Assembly (NCBI GenBank): GCA_963818965.1 | Contig: CAWFUG010000009.1 | Coordinates: forward strand, 98,212-162,211 | Source of the DNA: an uncultured Verrucomicrobiae bacterium | GTDB lineage: Bacteria; Chlamydiota; Chlamydiia; Chlamydiales; Rhabdochlamydiaceae | Length of the DNA stretch: 64,000 nt | Direction: 5' to 3' | Shown: piece by piece, positions 27,157 through 34,913 of the stretch | Position numbering within the stretch: position 1 is the stretch's first letter | How the letters are laid out: each line of letters opens with the position of its first letter | The notes under the pieces: model-generated | What the model saw: the letters and a program-made list of their open reading frames with translations, nothing else | Told to the model about the DNA's origin: nothing | Database searches by the model: none | Program-made: the position numbers and the translations under genes

Positions 27157-27546
27157 ATGCAATATAGTAAAAATCCCAAAGATTATTTAGACGTCATCGC
27201 TCAGGCGATTTTCGATAAGAAAGGCGTCAATATCCTCTGCTTGGATGTTCACGAGATCTCCTCGTTGACCGACTACGTCCTAATCGCAGAAGGAAACGTC
27301 GACAAACACGTCACTGCCATTGCTCATTCTATTATGGATGCGATGCGAGAGCTCGGGGTAAGGCCGATCTACGTCGAAGGACTGAAGCACGGGGACTGGG
27401 TGGTCATCGACTACCTGCACATCATGGTCCACCTCTTCATGCCAGGCTTCAGAGAAAAATACCAACTCGAGCAATTGTGGCGAGAAGGGAAGATCGTCGA
27501 TGTCAAGATCGATGTGCTTAAAGGCTCTGCTGCTTCTTTAGCTTAA
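27157..27546 (+). CDS. rsfS: Ribosome silencing factor RsfS (iojap family)
   Basis: 129 aa; TDYVLIAEGNVDKHVTAIA, DWVVIDYLHIMVHLFMPGFREKYQLEQLW. It follows nadD, as is common. Confidence 0.85.
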   Translation: MQYSKNPKDYLDVIAQAIFDKKGVNILCLDVHEISSLTDYVLIAEGNVDKHVTAIAHSIMDAMRELGVRPIYVEGLKHGDWVVIDYLHIMVHLFMPGFREKYQLEQLWREGKIVDVKIDVLKGSAASLA

Positions 27547-27947
27547 GCGTTTTTGTCTGTGTTGTCTTAGCGCCATTTCTTTTCTTTCCGTCAAATAGGC
27601 GTAATCCCTCCGAAACGGCTCTTAATTGGGGCGTGATTACCCCCAGTAAGGCGCTTTGTACCGCAAGCAAACCATACCCTAATGAAAAAGTTTCTATCAT
27701 TGCTTTTTTTGAGTTCAAAAGTAGTGGCACATTTTTTGAGTTTCTTGGATTTGAAGCAAGCGAATATTTTTGTACTGGGATAGGTTCAAGGATTGCGGAG
27801 GAGAGGAAGCATTTTCCTAAAGAGTATGATGTAAATTTAAATATTTTACTCGCACTTGCTGAACCACCTCACCGACTAGATCCATTGCAAAATTAATCGA
27901 TTTACTGTACTCTTGGCTTCGATTTAAGGCCTTCAGTAGGAAATTTT

Positions 27948-29213
27948 ATGCAGCAGAAAAAACGCGTTGTTGTAACGGGAATGGGGCTCGTCTCCTGTTT
28001 TGGGACAGACATCGATCATTTTTTTGATCAACTCCTCGCTGGAAAGAGCGGAATTACCCAAATCGATAGCTTCCCTTGTCAAGATTTTCCGACTCGGTTT
28101 GCCGGTGTGGTCCGCGACTTTGACGTCGGCGATTATCTCGATAAGAAGCAGGCGAGACGGGTCGATCCTTTCATTCGTTACACTGTTGTCGCGGGGAAGA
28201 AAGCCCTGGAAAATGCACAACTGACAGGAGAGGCTCTCGATCGGCTCGACAAATCCCGCTGTGGTATCCTCATCGGCTCAGGGATGGGCGGGATGAACGT
28301 CTTTTCTGAAGGGGTAGAGGCCCTTTTAACGAAAGGATTTAAGAGAATTACGCCCTTTTTCGTGCCCTTTATCATTACGAATATGGGAGGAGCCCTTCTC
28401 GCCATCGACATCGGATTCATGGGGCCGAATTACTCGATCTCCACCGCCTGTGCAACGTCGAATTTCTCCATTTACTCTGCGGCGCAGCATATCATGCGTG
28501 GCGAAGCAGATCTCATGCTCTGTGGCGGTGCCGAAGCTTCGATTAACCCTATTGGGGTAGCGGGATTCGTCGCTTGTCGCGCGCTTTCTGAGCGCAATGA
28601 AGACCCTCAAAAAGCTTCTCGCCCTTGGGACAAGAACCGGGATGGTTTTGTCATAGGAGAGGGTGCAGGAGTCTTAGTTCTAGAGAGCCTGGAACACGCC
28701 TTAGCGCGTGGCGCACCGATTATCGCCGAATACCTCGGCGGAGGCATTTCGTGTGATGCGCATCATATGACAGATCCTAGAGCTGATGGATTAGGCGTCA
28801 GTCTCTGCATCGAAAATGCGATTAAAGAGGCGGGAATTGAAAAAGAACAAATCAATTACATCAATGCGCATGCGACGTCCACTCTCGTAGGGGATTTGTG
28901 TGAGGTGCGCGCCGTGAAGAAGATATTCGGTCCCCATGTTTCTAATCTTAAGATGAATGCGACGAAGTCGATGATCGGGCACTGTTTAGGGGCAGCGGGT
29001 GCAATCGAAGCAATTGCGGCGATCAAATCAATTGAAAGAGGCCAAGTTCACCCGACGATCAATCTCGATCATCCAGAAGAAGAGTTAGAGGGAATCGATG
29101 TTGTGGCTCATGTGGCTCAACCGCACAAAATCACAGCGGCACTGAGCAACTCCTTTGGATTTGGTGGACATAACTCAGCGCTGATTTTTGCTCCCTATGA
29201 GAGCAATCAATGA
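27948..29213 (+). CDS. fabF: 3-oxoacyl-ACP synthase II
   Basis: 421 aa; ISTACATS (active-site Cys), NAHATST, GHCLGAAG, NSFGFGGHN. Confidence 0.9.
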   Translation: MQQKKRVVVTGMGLVSCFGTDIDHFFDQLLAGKSGITQIDSFPCQDFPTRFAGVVRDFDVGDYLDKKQARRVDPFIRYTVVAGKKALENAQLTGEALDRLDKSRCGILIGSGMGGMNVFSEGVEALLTKGFKRITPFFVPFIITNMGGALLAIDIGFMGPNYSISTACATSNFSIYSAAQHIMRGEADLMLCGGAEASINPIGVAGFVACRALSERNEDPQKASRPWDKNRDGFVIGEGAGVLVLESLEHALARGAPIIAEYLGGGISCDAHHMTDPRADGLGVSLCIENAIKEAGIEKEQINYINAHATSTLVGDLCEVRAVKKIFGPHVSNLKMNATKSMIGHCLGAAGAIEAIAAIKSIERGQVHPTINLDHPEEELEGIDVVAHVAQPHKITAALSNSFGFGGHNSALIFAPYESNQ

Positions 29214-29644
29214 TTACAATCACTTCCTATGGAGTCATCCCGTTTATCAAAGAAGAGGAAGAGTGGAAGGTCCTTTTAATTCTCCATCGAGAGGGGAATC
29301 ATTGGGGCTTTCCCAAGGGAAAGGCAGAAGAAGGGGAATCCCCTGAGCAGGCTGCGCGTAGGGAGTTAAAAGAGGAAACAGGGTTAGATGTCGCGGAACT
29401 GTTCCCTGTAGAATCCTATACCGAAAACTACCGCTTTCGCAGAAAAGGGGAAACTGTCGTTAAAACAGTCGTTTATTTCGCAGCACGCGTCAGCGGGCAA
29501 CTAGCACTTCAAGAAGAAGAGATACGCGATGCGAAATGGCTCAGCATCGATGAGGCTTTGGCGCAGCTGAGCTTTAAGCAAGCCCGAGAGATTTTGATCT
29601 ACTACGCCAATCACTTAAACATCCCTTTTAACCATCCTAATTGA
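29210..29644 (+). CDS. NUDIX hydrolase
   Basis: Nudix box GFPKGKAEEGESPEQAARRELKEETGL. Confidence 0.85.
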   Translation: MITITSYGVIPFIKEEEEWKVLLILHREGNHWGFPKGKAEEGESPEQAARRELKEETGLDVAELFPVESYTENYRFRRKGETVVKTVVYFAARVSGQLALQEEEIRDAKWLSIDEALAQLSFKQAREILIYYANHLNIPFNHPN

Positions 29645-30414
29645 GTATGCTCCAATCGATTTTCGAAAAAATCACCTCCTTTGCCAAACAGTTTATAGGC
29701 AAAAAGGAGCTCCCCATCGAAGTCTTTGTAAGGCACTGTCACTATTCCTCGGCAAGCGCCCATAAGACCCGTTTCCCAGAGTTCAGTAAAGAGAAGTGTT
29801 TTCAAAATCTGCTCTCAACGATCGATCAAACTCAAGTACATGTGACTTTTTTTCTCGATACCTTCCATCCGGGGACCGATCCCCACTTTTTGCAGCGACA
29901 GAACGATTTTCCCGTTGTCGAGATGAAGGCGGGAACAGAAGCGGCCTCTTTTCTTTTTCTATTGGATTATGTGATGCAGAAGAAATGGGATCCTGAGACG
30001 ATCTTCTATTTTCTAGAGGATGATTACATCCATCGCCCCCATTGGACGCAAGTCTTAAAAGAAGCGTTTGCCTTGCCCGGGGTCGACTATGTTACACTCT
30101 ATGACCACAAGGATAAATATTTTCTGCCGCAATATGAGCCACTCGCCTCGAAGATCTTTTGCACGCCCTCTTGTCACTGGCGCACCACCCCTTCGACGAC
30201 GAACACCTACGCGATGCGCTTTAAGACGCTTAAAAAACACCTCGAGATCCACCGCCTCTTTTCGATCGGCCGCTCGATCACTGCCGACCACGACAAGTTC
30301 TCCCGCCTAAGGGAAGAGGGCGCAACCCTCATCTCTGCCATCCCCGGCTTTTCCACCCATGCAGAGCCAGAGTTCGCCTCTCCCTGCGTCGATTGGGAAA
30401 CCTTTCTGAGATAA
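29641..30414 (+). CDS. Hypothetical protein, possibly GT-A-fold glycosyltransferase-like
   Basis: 257-aa ORF, translationally coupled to the NUDIX gene. IFYFLEDDYIHRPHW resembles a DxD segment. The functional evidence is weak. Confidence 0.35.
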   Translation: MSMLQSIFEKITSFAKQFIGKKELPIEVFVRHCHYSSASAHKTRFPEFSKEKCFQNLLSTIDQTQVHVTFFLDTFHPGTDPHFLQRQNDFPVVEMKAGTEAASFLFLLDYVMQKKWDPETIFYFLEDDYIHRPHWTQVLKEAFALPGVDYVTLYDHKDKYFLPQYEPLASKIFCTPSCHWRTTPSTTNTYAMRFKTLKKHLEIHRLFSIGRSITADHDKFSRLREEGATLISAIPGFSTHAEPEFASPCVDWETFLR

Positions 30415-30423
30415 ATTTTTTAC

Positions 30424-30486
30424 ATACCCACAAGTGAGCTCAAAAGTTCGCGCGGTCCTACGGCCAACTTTTGAGCTCACGTGGCT
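30424..30486. repeat. Palindromic repeat family A copy
   Basis: ATACCCACAAGTGAGCTCAAAAGTTCGCGCGGTCCTACGGCCAACTTTTGAGCTCACGTGG, 10 nt after the upstream stop codon. Confidence 0.8.
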
Positions 30487-30553
30487 CAAATTCGCAATTC
30501 CTGACCGGGCGCAGTATATCTGGTTGTTAGGAACTTGCCTTGTTCTCCGGTTT

Positions 30554-30654
30554 AACAAAAACACTCAGATGAAATGACTGAGCGTTTTTGTTAAACTCCC
30601 TCCTACAAACTTCGCATTTGGCGCGGCCAAATGCGAAGTTTGTAGGAGGGAGTT
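30554..30654. repeat. Twin hairpins upstream of bioY
   Basis: 30554-30592: AACAAAAACACTCAG...CTGAGCGTTTTTGTT (one mismatch). 30594-30654: perfect 29-nt arms AACTCCCTCCTACAAACTTCGCATTTGGC, loop GCG, then the reverse complement. Confidence 0.8.
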
Positions 30655-30754
30655 AGATATGCTCCTTAAAATTTGGACTTAAGTGATTTCAAAAGTTTCC
30701 GTATAAATCCCAGAACTGCTAAGATCGTCGTTTTCTACCTACCTAGGAGGTATT

Positions 30755-31315
30755 ATGGCAACGAATTATTCCTACTCTTTGACGACAAACGTGGCGGTGG
30801 AGCGCACGTGGTTAAAGGACGCGATGGTCGTGTTGGGAGCAAGCGTGATTATCGCTCTTTTTGCCCCGGTCTCGATTCCATTGCCCTTTACCCCCATCCC
30901 CATTTCTACCCAAGCGCATGTCATCTTGCTCTTGGCAGCGTGGTTGGGCAGTAAACGTGCGACGATGGCCGTCTTGCTCCATCTTTCCTACGGGGCGATG
31001 GGTTTGCCAGTGTTCGCTGGAGGGGCGACGGGTATTCTAACGCTCGCGGGCCCAAGAGGAGGGTACCTCCTCGGCTTTTTGGTGGCGGCGTTCATTACGG
31101 GCTACATTGTCGAAAGACTTAAAAATCGCTCTTCTGCGCGGGTATTCGCGGCGATGGGTGTGGGCAACCTCGTGATCTATTTCTTCGGTATTCCTTGGCT
31201 TGCTCGCTTTGTCGGTTGGCAAGGAGCCTTCCTTCTCGGAATGGCCCCTTTCGTGATCGGAGATCTCTTCAAGCTGCTCGTCGCTTCTAAAGTGTTTAAA
31301 AGCGTACGCGCCTAA
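30755..31315 (+). CDS. bioY: Biotin transporter BioY
   Basis: 186 aa; PLPFTPIPISTQAHVILLLAAWLG, GLPVFAGGATGILTLAGPRGGYLLGF. Confidence 0.85.
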   Translation: MATNYSYSLTTNVAVERTWLKDAMVVLGASVIIALFAPVSIPLPFTPIPISTQAHVILLLAAWLGSKRATMAVLLHLSYGAMGLPVFAGGATGILTLAGPRGGYLLGFLVAAFITGYIVERLKNRSSARVFAAMGVGNLVIYFFGIPWLARFVGWQGAFLLGMAPFVIGDLFKLLVASKVFKSVRA

Positions 31316-31353
31316 AGGTTCTTGGAGTGAAAAGGGTCCTGCGTGGGCCCTTC

Positions 31354-31620
31354 TTACATAGCTTTTGTTTGCTGATGTCCGTGGGTCGGCTTGTGGTGCC
31401 CGTTCAGTTTTGGCTGTACCGCATTGCTGACTACTTCAGTGTTGGCTGGTTTTTGCTTAGAATAGATAGGCATTATGTTTGTGATCCGGCCCTCGACGAA
31501 TCCGGACACCTTTTCGCTGAGCGCTTTCAGCCCTTTTGAGACTTTTTTTGAAGTTTCGTGCGCCTTGTGTGCAGCGTCTGTGGCGTGGGTATGTGCTGTT
31601 CTGCCGACTTCTCTTACCAT
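31354..31620 (-). CDS. Small His/Lys-rich hypothetical protein
   Basis: 88-aa ORF with AGGAGG 7 nt before the ATG. I recognised no motif. Confidence 0.4.
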   Translation of the reverse strand: MVREVGRTAHTHATDAAHKAHETSKKVSKGLKALSEKVSGFVEGRITNIMPIYSKQKPANTEVVSNAVQPKLNGHHKPTHGHQQTKAM

Positions 31621-31711
31621 GTTTTCCTCCTGACCCTAATAGGGATTTTCTTCTGAATCAATTACCAGAGACAGCTAATTTTGGGAACTGTTTTTTTGAG
31701 AGCCGGCTCTA

Positions 31712-31960
31712 TTACTTTTTGTCTTGCGCACGGATTTGGGAACGGAGCAGCTTGGCTACTTGCTCCAGGGAATTATGGAAGGTGGTAGTAAGGGGGGAGG
31801 TGGAGAGGATTTTTGTGGAGCGCGTTTTGTGTTTTAGCGTTTTGTCGACTTGCCTGACTTGCACTCTGATGAGCTGAGCGATTTTTTTGATCGCTGTTTC
31901 CAGAGATTCGTTGGAGTTCGAATTGTTCTGCGAATTAGAATACTTCTTGCTGCGTTTCAT
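31712..31960 (-). CDS. Small basic hypothetical protein
   Basis: 82-aa ORF upstream of 31354..31620 on the same strand. It has a weak SD and no recognised motif. Confidence 0.3.
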   Translation of the reverse strand: MKRSKKYSNSQNNSNSNESLETAIKKIAQLIRVQVRQVDKTLKHKTRSTKILSTSPLTTTFHNSLEQVAKLLRSQIRAQDKK

Positions 31961-32105
31961 CGTTCTTTGTTTTCTTTAGTTAAAATTTGAAATTATAATA
32001 GATGTGGTTTTTTTGTCTATTTTGTTTTTGTGGGTCGAGTTGTGGGCGTATTCAAGAATCCTTCAACTTGCTAGCATCTGAAGAGCACGGAAGAAACAAT
32101 TTGGC

Positions 32106-32186
32106 AAGAGGCCGTCTGCGATTTAAGCTTCTGTCGATTTTCGGGTTCTTTTGAGCCGACAAGACTTAATTCGCAGACGGCCTCTT
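32106..32186. repeat. Long inverted repeat immediately upstream of aas
   Basis: AAGAGGCCGTCTGCGATTTAAG (32106-32127) pairs with CTTAATTCGCAGACGGCCTCTT (32165-32186) with one mismatch. It ends 12 nt before the aas ATG. Confidence 0.75.
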
Positions 32187-32198
32187 AAGGAATAGGGC

Positions 32199-34907
32199 AT
32201 GGAGAGATCCAAGTGGGTGGATCATTGCATTTCTGCGATGGTCGTTGTGTTTCGGTGGTTGGCTACGCTGCGTTACCGGATCGAGGTGAGGGGGTTGGAG
32301 AACATCCGGCCGGAGCACTTACGCGCTTCTGCGGGGATGCTCTTTTTGCCGAACCATCCGGCGGAGATTGATCCCGTTCTTTTAGAGCTCATTCTGTGGC
32401 CGAAATTTCATACGCGGCCTCTCGTCGTCGAGCACTTCTATTACTTGAAGGGATTTCGCGTCTTTCTCGATGCGGTCGGAGCACTTCCTTTGCCGTCGAT
32501 GGATCGGATGGTCAATAAGTGGGTCGGGAAGAAAATCGAGAGACAATTCGGAGCGATTGCTACAGAGTTGCGAAAAGGGGGGAACTTCTTGATCTACCCC
32601 TCAGGGCGACTTAAGACCACTGGACTCGAGGTGATCGGAGGGGCTTCTTTGGTGCATCAACTCGTGCAGAGAGTGCCCGATGTGAACATCGTATTAGTGA
32701 GGACGACGGGATTGTGGGGAAGCCAGTTTTCCAAGGCGCTGACGGGCATTTCTCCTGATTTTGGCAAGACTTTTTGGAAGGGGATTAAGATCTTGCTCAA
32801 GAATGGGATTTTCTTTGCCCCGCGTCGCAAAGTCTTGATCGAATTGGAGCTCAATCCGAAGGATTTACCTGCTAAGGGCACGCGTCTAGAATTCAATAAG
32901 TACCTGGAAAATTGGTACAATCGCCATCCCGAGCCAGGCTTTGAGCCTTTAACACTCGTCTCTTACGCTTTTTGGAAGCAAGAGCTGCCTTCTGTCGCAG
33001 CGCCACAAGAGAGGGAGCAGCCTTCAGAAGAGAGACCTGTTTCCCCGAAAATTCAAGAAGAAATCTCCGCACATCTCTCTAAGATGTCTGGGATCGCAGC
33101 GGAAAAGATCGATCGAAAAATGAATCTCGCTCAGGATTTGGGATTGGATTCTCTCGATGTCGCGCAGCTCTATATCTTTTTGGAGCAGCAGTATGGAACG
33201 AGCGAGTTGGTTCCAGGAGATCTTCTCTCGGTCGAGGATGTCTTACAGGCCGCGGCGGGATACAAGAGGGAGAGGGAGGATGATTTTTCTTTCGCACCTC
33301 GGAAGCAGCGCTCTTGGCCCGAGGAGTCGAATCGATTAAAGCCCCAGATCCCAGAAGGAACCACCCTCCAGGAGGTTTTTTTAAAGAGCATGGACCGAAA
33401 TGGTTCTCACATCGCCTGTGCCGATGGGATTTCTTCCTGGATGCGTTACCGTCGTCTTAAAATGGGAGCGCTGCTCCTCTCGCGGGTTTTTAAGAGTCTC
33501 GATGGAGAGAAGGTCGGAGTAATGCTCCCCGCTTCTGTCGGTGCGTACCTCGTTATTCTAGCGATTCTCTTGGCAAAAAAGGTGCCTGTAATGCTCAACT
33601 GGACAGTGGGAGTGCGCTCTCTCGACCATGCAGTCGATCTCACAGGACTCAAGGTGGTGATCACTTCTTCTAAGTTTTTGGATCGGCTCGAAGAGGCAGA
33701 CCTGGGAAAAGTCGAAGAACACCTTCTCTTTCTCGAGGATGTGAAGGAGAATTTGGGCTGGAAGGAGAAGGCCTCCGCCTTTTTGTCTCAATGGCTTTCT
33801 GCGAAGACTTTGATGCGCAGGCTTCATCTCGATACGATAAAAGCTTCCGATCCTGCAGTCATTCTGTTTACGAGTGGTTCAGAATCCCTTCCAAAGGGAG
33901 TGCCTCTTTCTCATGAGAATCTCTTAAGCAATCAGCGCGCCTGTCTCGAAGTGGCACGGCTTGAATCGACAGATATCTTCTACGGCGTATTGCCCCCTTT
34001 TCACTCGTTTGGGTTTTCCGTGACGGGGATTTTGCCGCTGCTCGCTGGTCTCAAGATTTGTTACGCTCCCGATCCGACCGACTCTCACGCGATGGCCAAA
34101 GACATCGCCGAATGGAAACCCACTTTGTGGTGCTGTGCGCCGAGTTTCATCCGCGGCCTCTTCCGCGTGGCACTTCCAGAAGAACTCCACTCTTTGCGGT
34201 TCGTCGTCTCTGGAGCGGAAAAGACCCCTCAGGATCTCTTTGACTTTGTACGTCACCACATGCCTCAAGCAGAGCTCTTAGAAGGGTATGGGATCACGGA
34301 GTGCGGTCCTGTAGTCAGCATAGACTACCCAGGCGAGCCCCACCGAGGCGTGGGAAAACCCCTTCCCAATGTAGCGCTTAAGATCGTCGATTCTGCCACG
34401 CATCAGATCCTCAGCGAAGGAGAGGAGGGGGAGGTGTGCATCGCGGGGCCTAGCGTCTTTTCAGGGTATCTCGGTAGCCAGCGTAACCCTTTCATCACGC
34501 TCGAGGGAAAAGAGTGGTACTTATCGGGAGATCGAGGTTCGATCTCTCCAGAAGGGCATTTGATTTTATCGGGAAGGCTCAAACGATTTGCAAAAATCGG
34601 TGGGGAGATGATCAGTCTAGGAGGGGTGGAAGAAGAGCTCTTGCGGCTGGCTCGAGAGAAGCTGTGGCTAAGTGGTCAGGAGGAAGGGCCCTGTCTTGCC
34701 CTAATCGCCCAAGAGCCGGAAGGGGATAAGCCTTTATTAATTTTATTTACCACTTTAAACCTCTCCAAGGAGGGAGTAAACGCAGCTCTTCGGGAGACGG
34801 GGTGGGGGCGGATCGTTAAAATTGCGGAAATTCGCCGAGTTGAGGAGATTCCCTTGACGGGGACAGGTAAAACCCATTATCGTCTCCTGGACGAAATGAG
34901 AATTTAA
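32199..34907 (+). CDS. aas: Aas-type tri-domain protein: PlsC-like acyltransferase, carrier-protein domain and acyl-AMP ligase (acyl-ACP synthetase)
   Basis: 902 aa; LPNHPAEIDP (HX4D), LGLDSLDVAQL (phosphopantetheine site), ILFTSGSESLPKGVPLSHENL, EGYGITECGP, GTGKTHY. Confidence 0.85.
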   Translation: MERSKWVDHCISAMVVVFRWLATLRYRIEVRGLENIRPEHLRASAGMLFLPNHPAEIDPVLLELILWPKFHTRPLVVEHFYYLKGFRVFLDAVGALPLPSMDRMVNKWVGKKIERQFGAIATELRKGGNFLIYPSGRLKTTGLEVIGGASLVHQLVQRVPDVNIVLVRTTGLWGSQFSKALTGISPDFGKTFWKGIKILLKNGIFFAPRRKVLIELELNPKDLPAKGTRLEFNKYLENWYNRHPEPGFEPLTLVSYAFWKQELPSVAAPQEREQPSEERPVSPKIQEEISAHLSKMSGIAAEKIDRKMNLAQDLGLDSLDVAQLYIFLEQQYGTSELVPGDLLSVEDVLQAAAGYKREREDDFSFAPRKQRSWPEESNRLKPQIPEGTTLQEVFLKSMDRNGSHIACADGISSWMRYRRLKMGALLLSRVFKSLDGEKVGVMLPASVGAYLVILAILLAKKVPVMLNWTVGVRSLDHAVDLTGLKVVITSSKFLDRLEEADLGKVEEHLLFLEDVKENLGWKEKASAFLSQWLSAKTLMRRLHLDTIKASDPAVILFTSGSESLPKGVPLSHENLLSNQRACLEVARLESTDIFYGVLPPFHSFGFSVTGILPLLAGLKICYAPDPTDSHAMAKDIAEWKPTLWCCAPSFIRGLFRVALPEELHSLRFVVSGAEKTPQDLFDFVRHHMPQAELLEGYGITECGPVVSIDYPGEPHRGVGKPLPNVALKIVDSATHQILSEGEEGEVCIAGPSVFSGYLGSQRNPFITLEGKEWYLSGDRGSISPEGHLILSGRLKRFAKIGGEMISLGGVEEELLRLAREKLWLSGQEEGPCLALIAQEPEGDKPLLILFTTLNLSKEGVNAALRETGWGRIVKIAEIRRVEEIPLTGTGKTHYRLLDEMRI

Positions 34908-34913
34908 GAGTTT

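Noticed and set aside
27547-27947. 400-bp gap upstream of fabF, checked for acpP or a structured RNA
   Set aside because: There is no ACP-like ORF (no DSLD motif in any frame that I could read) and no convincing conserved-looking structure. The only ORFs are short low-complexity ones (27518..27730, 27633..27896).
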